Both the position numbers and the translations under genes were made by a program. From assembly GCA_022450565.1 (NCBI GenBank), contig JAKUOP010000010.1:10629-74628 (forward strand): a stretch of 64,000 bases of DNA. Direction: 5' to 3'. The DNA comes from Candidatus Nitrosopelagicus sp. (GTDB lineage Archaea > Thermoproteota > Nitrososphaeria > Nitrososphaerales > Nitrosopumilaceae). Numbering within the stretch: position 1 is the first letter of the stretch; each line of letters opens with the position of its first letter. Below the pieces are notes generated by a model. It did not search any database, was not told the DNA's origin, and worked only from the letters and a program-made list of their open reading frames with translations. Shown one piece after another: positions 60,871 through 64,000 of this stretch.

Positions 60871-61224
60871 ACAAAAAAATGAAAACCAAATTATTAAAAA
60901 CCTATGAAGCTTTCAAGTTCATATTCTATAGTATTAGAAAAAATACCGTTAGCAACTTTTCCAGTAGACGATACGACATGTGATTTTTGCCAATGGTTGT
61001 CGGTTAGAGATCAAGCATGCGACAATTAGTCACTAACGGTAGAATGAATGGATTTTGCAAATTATTAAAAACAATGTTGAGTTTATTTCCGTGTTCTAAT
61101 TTCTTGGAATATATTATCAAGTATTGCTGCACTGTATTCTCTTTTTTACACCTATCAATAATTTTCATTCTAAGATTATGGAATGAGTATTTTCCTAAAA
61201 TAGGGTACAAAAAGAGAACTAATA

Positions 61225-63444
61225 ATGAAGAAAAGCATCTTTGGTATCATTGCACTTACTGCATTAATGCTTGCAATACCAAATGCATATTCTGCAGAAC
61301 CCGATATGGTAACATATCTTTCAATTTCAGAAATTACTCAAACTAGTATCACTCTTGCTGAGCAAAGTCTAGAAGATGGTGACTTTGACTTTACCAAAAA
61401 ATATATCGAGTTTGGCTCTAAACAGTTTTCAAATAATTTACAAAAATTAAGAGATGCTGATACATCATTAACTGACGAAGTTCACATATCACTAATTGAT
61501 CTTCAAACAAAAGAGATTAGCTCTGAAAATAGATCTTCTATCTTATCTGAATTAAATAGAATTAACGAACTTCTTGATAATGTCCCTGAAGATCCTGAGA
61601 TTACTCCAAATGTTATAGTTGCACATTTGATAATAGTTGATCAGCAGTACGAAAATTTTGAATCTAACAAAGATGAATTTTCTTATTCACTGGCACTAGG
61701 ATTTATGGAAAGAGCAAATCAAATGTTCTATTCTCAAACTGATTACGGCGAACGTCAAAAAATCGAGATAGAATCATTCTTCAATGACATGTTTGATATG
61801 GTACAAAACAGGGATCCATACGCATCAATTGCATCAACTAATGTTTGGGTTCAAAGAGATTTGCTTGGAACTGATGTTATTGGAACTATTGGATTAGATA
61901 GCACTAATTTGTACAGTGTAATTCGTGACTTATACACCGATTTAATGATTGAGTTAGATAACGGAGATTACAAAAAAGCAGAGCAAATTGGAATTGAAGC
62001 ATATCTTGAAAACTTTGAGTATTTGGAACCAGAAATTGAAGTTGCAGACGCTGAATTATTGTATCAATTAGAATGGGATATGCGTGAAGAATTACGTACA
62101 ATGATTAAAAACCGAGAATCCCCTGACACGATTAAATCATTTTTAGTTGACTCGATAATTCCTAGATTAGACATTGCACAAGGTAAAGTTGCTGAATTGA
62201 AAGCATCAGGTGTAGTAATTGCAGATGCACTTGCAATGAAAGAGAAGAAACCAATGGGCTCTGCAACAGAAGGCCAAAAGGGTGAGGTTCGAGATGAGAT
62301 TGATGTCATTCGCGAACAACTGATGGCTACTGAAATTTTCTATGAACTGGGCGATACACAATCTGCATATACAAGTGCACGAAGTGCGTATCTTGATAGT
62401 TATGAATATGTTGAAATTCCATTACGTGCAATTGCACCTGATTTTACTTTAGAAGTGGAATTTCAGTTTGCGACATTAAGAAACCAAATCAATGAAGGTG
62501 CCCCAATGGGAGATATTTCCAGTACTGTAATTGCAATTGAAAGAAGCCTTGATGAGTCAGAGCGACTTGTGTCTGGAACCGGAACTCTTGCACCAATGAT
62601 TGCATTTGTTTCATCTTTTGCCATAATATTTCGAGAAGGTTTAGAGTCTGTCTTAATCTTAGGTGCAATCATAACATATCTTGAAGCATCAAGAAATCAT
62701 AAATTCAAAAAATACGTACATTATGGAATTGTACTTGCAATAGGTGCTACTGCAGTTACCTGGTTTATTGCATCTTATATTATAGAAATATCAGGTGTCA
62801 ACAGAGAATTGATTGAGGCTGTAGCGGCGCTGTCTGCTACGGCGGTTTTATTTTATGTCAGTTTCTGGATACTGAATAAGATCGAACATAAAAGATGGAT
62901 GGAATTTGTAAAGGCCAAAGTGTTCCAGGCATCTACCACTGGTGGTGTTATGGTGTTTGTGATGCTGTCATTTTTCACTGTATATAGGGAAGGATTTGAA
63001 ACTGTCTTATTCTATCAAGCAATGCTTGGATTTGCTAAATACATGGAATTGTATGTAGGTCTTGGATTTATTGTAGGTCTTATCTCATTATTTGGAATTT
63101 ACTTTGGATTTAGAAAACTTGGAAAGCGTTTGCCATTACGTGCACTATTTGGTTTAACCATGGGAATTGGTGCATATTTGTCTATTGCATTCTTAGGAAA
63201 TGCAATCCGAGAATTCCAAGTACTAGATTACATACCATATACCAGTATGCTTGGCACTATTCCAAGACTTGACATCAATGTTGCAACAATGACCGGAATT
63301 TATCCAACATTAGAAACAACTGTTGGGCAAATAGTTCTGCTATCAGTTTACCTAATAGCATCACTTTATGTGCTTATTCTAAGACCAAAGAGACAAAAAG
63401 CCCTCGCTACGATGAGAAAGTCGAGAGCAGAAGTCAATGAGTGA
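61225..63444 (+). CDS. FTR1-family high-affinity iron permease with large extracellular helical domains
   Basis: Signal peptide; two REGxE motifs (FREGLES, YREGFET); AYLENFEYLE / AYLDSYEYVE repeats. Confidence 0.9.
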   Translation: MKKSIFGIIALTALMLAIPNAYSAEPDMVTYLSISEITQTSITLAEQSLEDGDFDFTKKYIEFGSKQFSNNLQKLRDADTSLTDEVHISLIDLQTKEISSENRSSILSELNRINELLDNVPEDPEITPNVIVAHLIIVDQQYENFESNKDEFSYSLALGFMERANQMFYSQTDYGERQKIEIESFFNDMFDMVQNRDPYASIASTNVWVQRDLLGTDVIGTIGLDSTNLYSVIRDLYTDLMIELDNGDYKKAEQIGIEAYLENFEYLEPEIEVADAELLYQLEWDMREELRTMIKNRESPDTIKSFLVDSIIPRLDIAQGKVAELKASGVVIADALAMKEKKPMGSATEGQKGEVRDEIDVIREQLMATEIFYELGDTQSAYTSARSAYLDSYEYVEIPLRAIAPDFTLEVEFQFATLRNQINEGAPMGDISSTVIAIERSLDESERLVSGTGTLAPMIAFVSSFAIIFREGLESVLILGAIITYLEASRNHKFKKYVHYGIVLAIGATAVTWFIASYIIEISGVNRELIEAVAALSATAVLFYVSFWILNKIEHKRWMEFVKAKVFQASTTGGVMVFVMLSFFTVYREGFETVLFYQAMLGFAKYMELYVGLGFIVGLISLFGIYFGFRKLGKRLPLRALFGLTMGIGAYLSIAFLGNAIREFQVLDYIPYTSMLGTIPRLDINVATMTGIYPTLETTVGQIVLLSVYLIASLYVLILRPKRQKALATMRKSRAEVNE

Positions 63445-64000
63445 TAGAAGAATTAGAATTGGTATTGATGTTGGTGGGACATTTACAAAAGCAATAGCAT
63501 TAGATATTGTAACTGGAGAAATCCTCTCTTCATCTACTGTACCAACAACACACACATCTGAACGAGGTGTATCTGCAGGAATTGTTACAGTATTATCCAA
63601 TTTACTAAAAGAATCAAAAATCAGATTAAACGAAATAGAAATAATTGCACATAGTACTACTCAGGCAATTAATGCATTGCTTGAATCTGACACTGCAAAA
63701 GTTGGAATTGTGGCAATGGGTGTAGGCCCTGAAAAAAATGACGTCATAAAACGGACTAATCTGACTGATGCAAAAATTAACTATGAAAATGACATCAAAT
63801 CATCACATAGATTTCTTGATACATCTCATCTGATCACTGATTCAGAAGTTTCTACTGCAATTAAGGAGCTAAAAGATGAAGGTGCCAAAGTAATTGTAGC
63901 AACTGAGGCATTTGGCGTAGATGATCCATCAAATGAGGAATTTGTCATGGAGCATGCAACAAAACAGGAAATTCCTTCTACTGCATCACATGAGATTTCT
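63437..64000 (+). CDS. hydantoinase/oxoprolinase-family protein, N-terminal part (runs off window; not in ORF track)
   Basis: MSDRRIRIGIDVGGTFTKA, HSTTQAINALLE, ASHEIS. Confidence 0.85.
   Translation, partial: MSDRRIRIGIDVGGTFTKAIALDIVTGEILSSSTVPTTHTSERGVSAGIVTVLSNLLKESKIRLNEIEIIAHSTTQAINALLESDTAKVGIVAMGVGPEKNDVIKRTNLTDAKINYENDIKSSHRFLDTSHLITDSEVSTAIKELKDEGAKVIVATEAFGVDDPSNEEFVMEHATKQEIPSTASHEIS

Noticed and set aside
55216-61206. Shared 12-mer CTAAAATAGGGT upstream of the PIN gene (55216) and FTR1 (61195)
   Set aside because: AT-rich 12-mer with only two copies and not a DtxR-type palindrome; chance cannot be excluded

Overview
Low-GC (AT-rich) chromosomal segment of an ammonia-oxidising archaeon (Thaumarchaeota/Nitrososphaeria, Nitrosopumilaceae-like). 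The assignment rests on the thaumarchaeosortase, F420 cofC/D/E, L40e, Alba, SMC and archaeal-type ProRS/Map. Most of the window is housekeeping or metabolic: map, tsr3, cofCDE, nreA, dinB/dbh, ino1, smc, egtD/egtB, proS, serB, trxB, thi4, sulfite reductase with rhodanese, a GGR-family reductase, a DUF47-PiT-arsC-aquaporin operon, pdaD, pepF, UDG, a PINA-like ATPase, DtxR and FTR1. RNA genes absent from the ORF track: tRNA-Pro(TGG), tRNA-Thr(TGT), tRNA-Val(CAC), RNase P RNA and a box C/D guide sRNA. The main points of interest are five. (1) An accessory patch downstream of tRNA-Val (~50.8-56.2 kb) with a degenerate att-like copy of the tRNA 3' end, about six unannotated microproteins, an iota-carbonic-anhydrase-like (COG4875) gene, a catalytically degenerate SNase-like gene and an RHH/PIN/wHTH module. 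(2) An 87-triplet uninterrupted collagen-like protein next to an HSD-variant J-domain protein. (3) The C/D sRNA beside tRNA-Pro. (4) An orphan GC-rich intergenic hairpin at ~48.5 kb. (5) A PINA-type ATPase lacking its PIN domain. No CRISPR array, transposase or integrase was seen. All family assignments come from motif recognition by eye; no database search was run.
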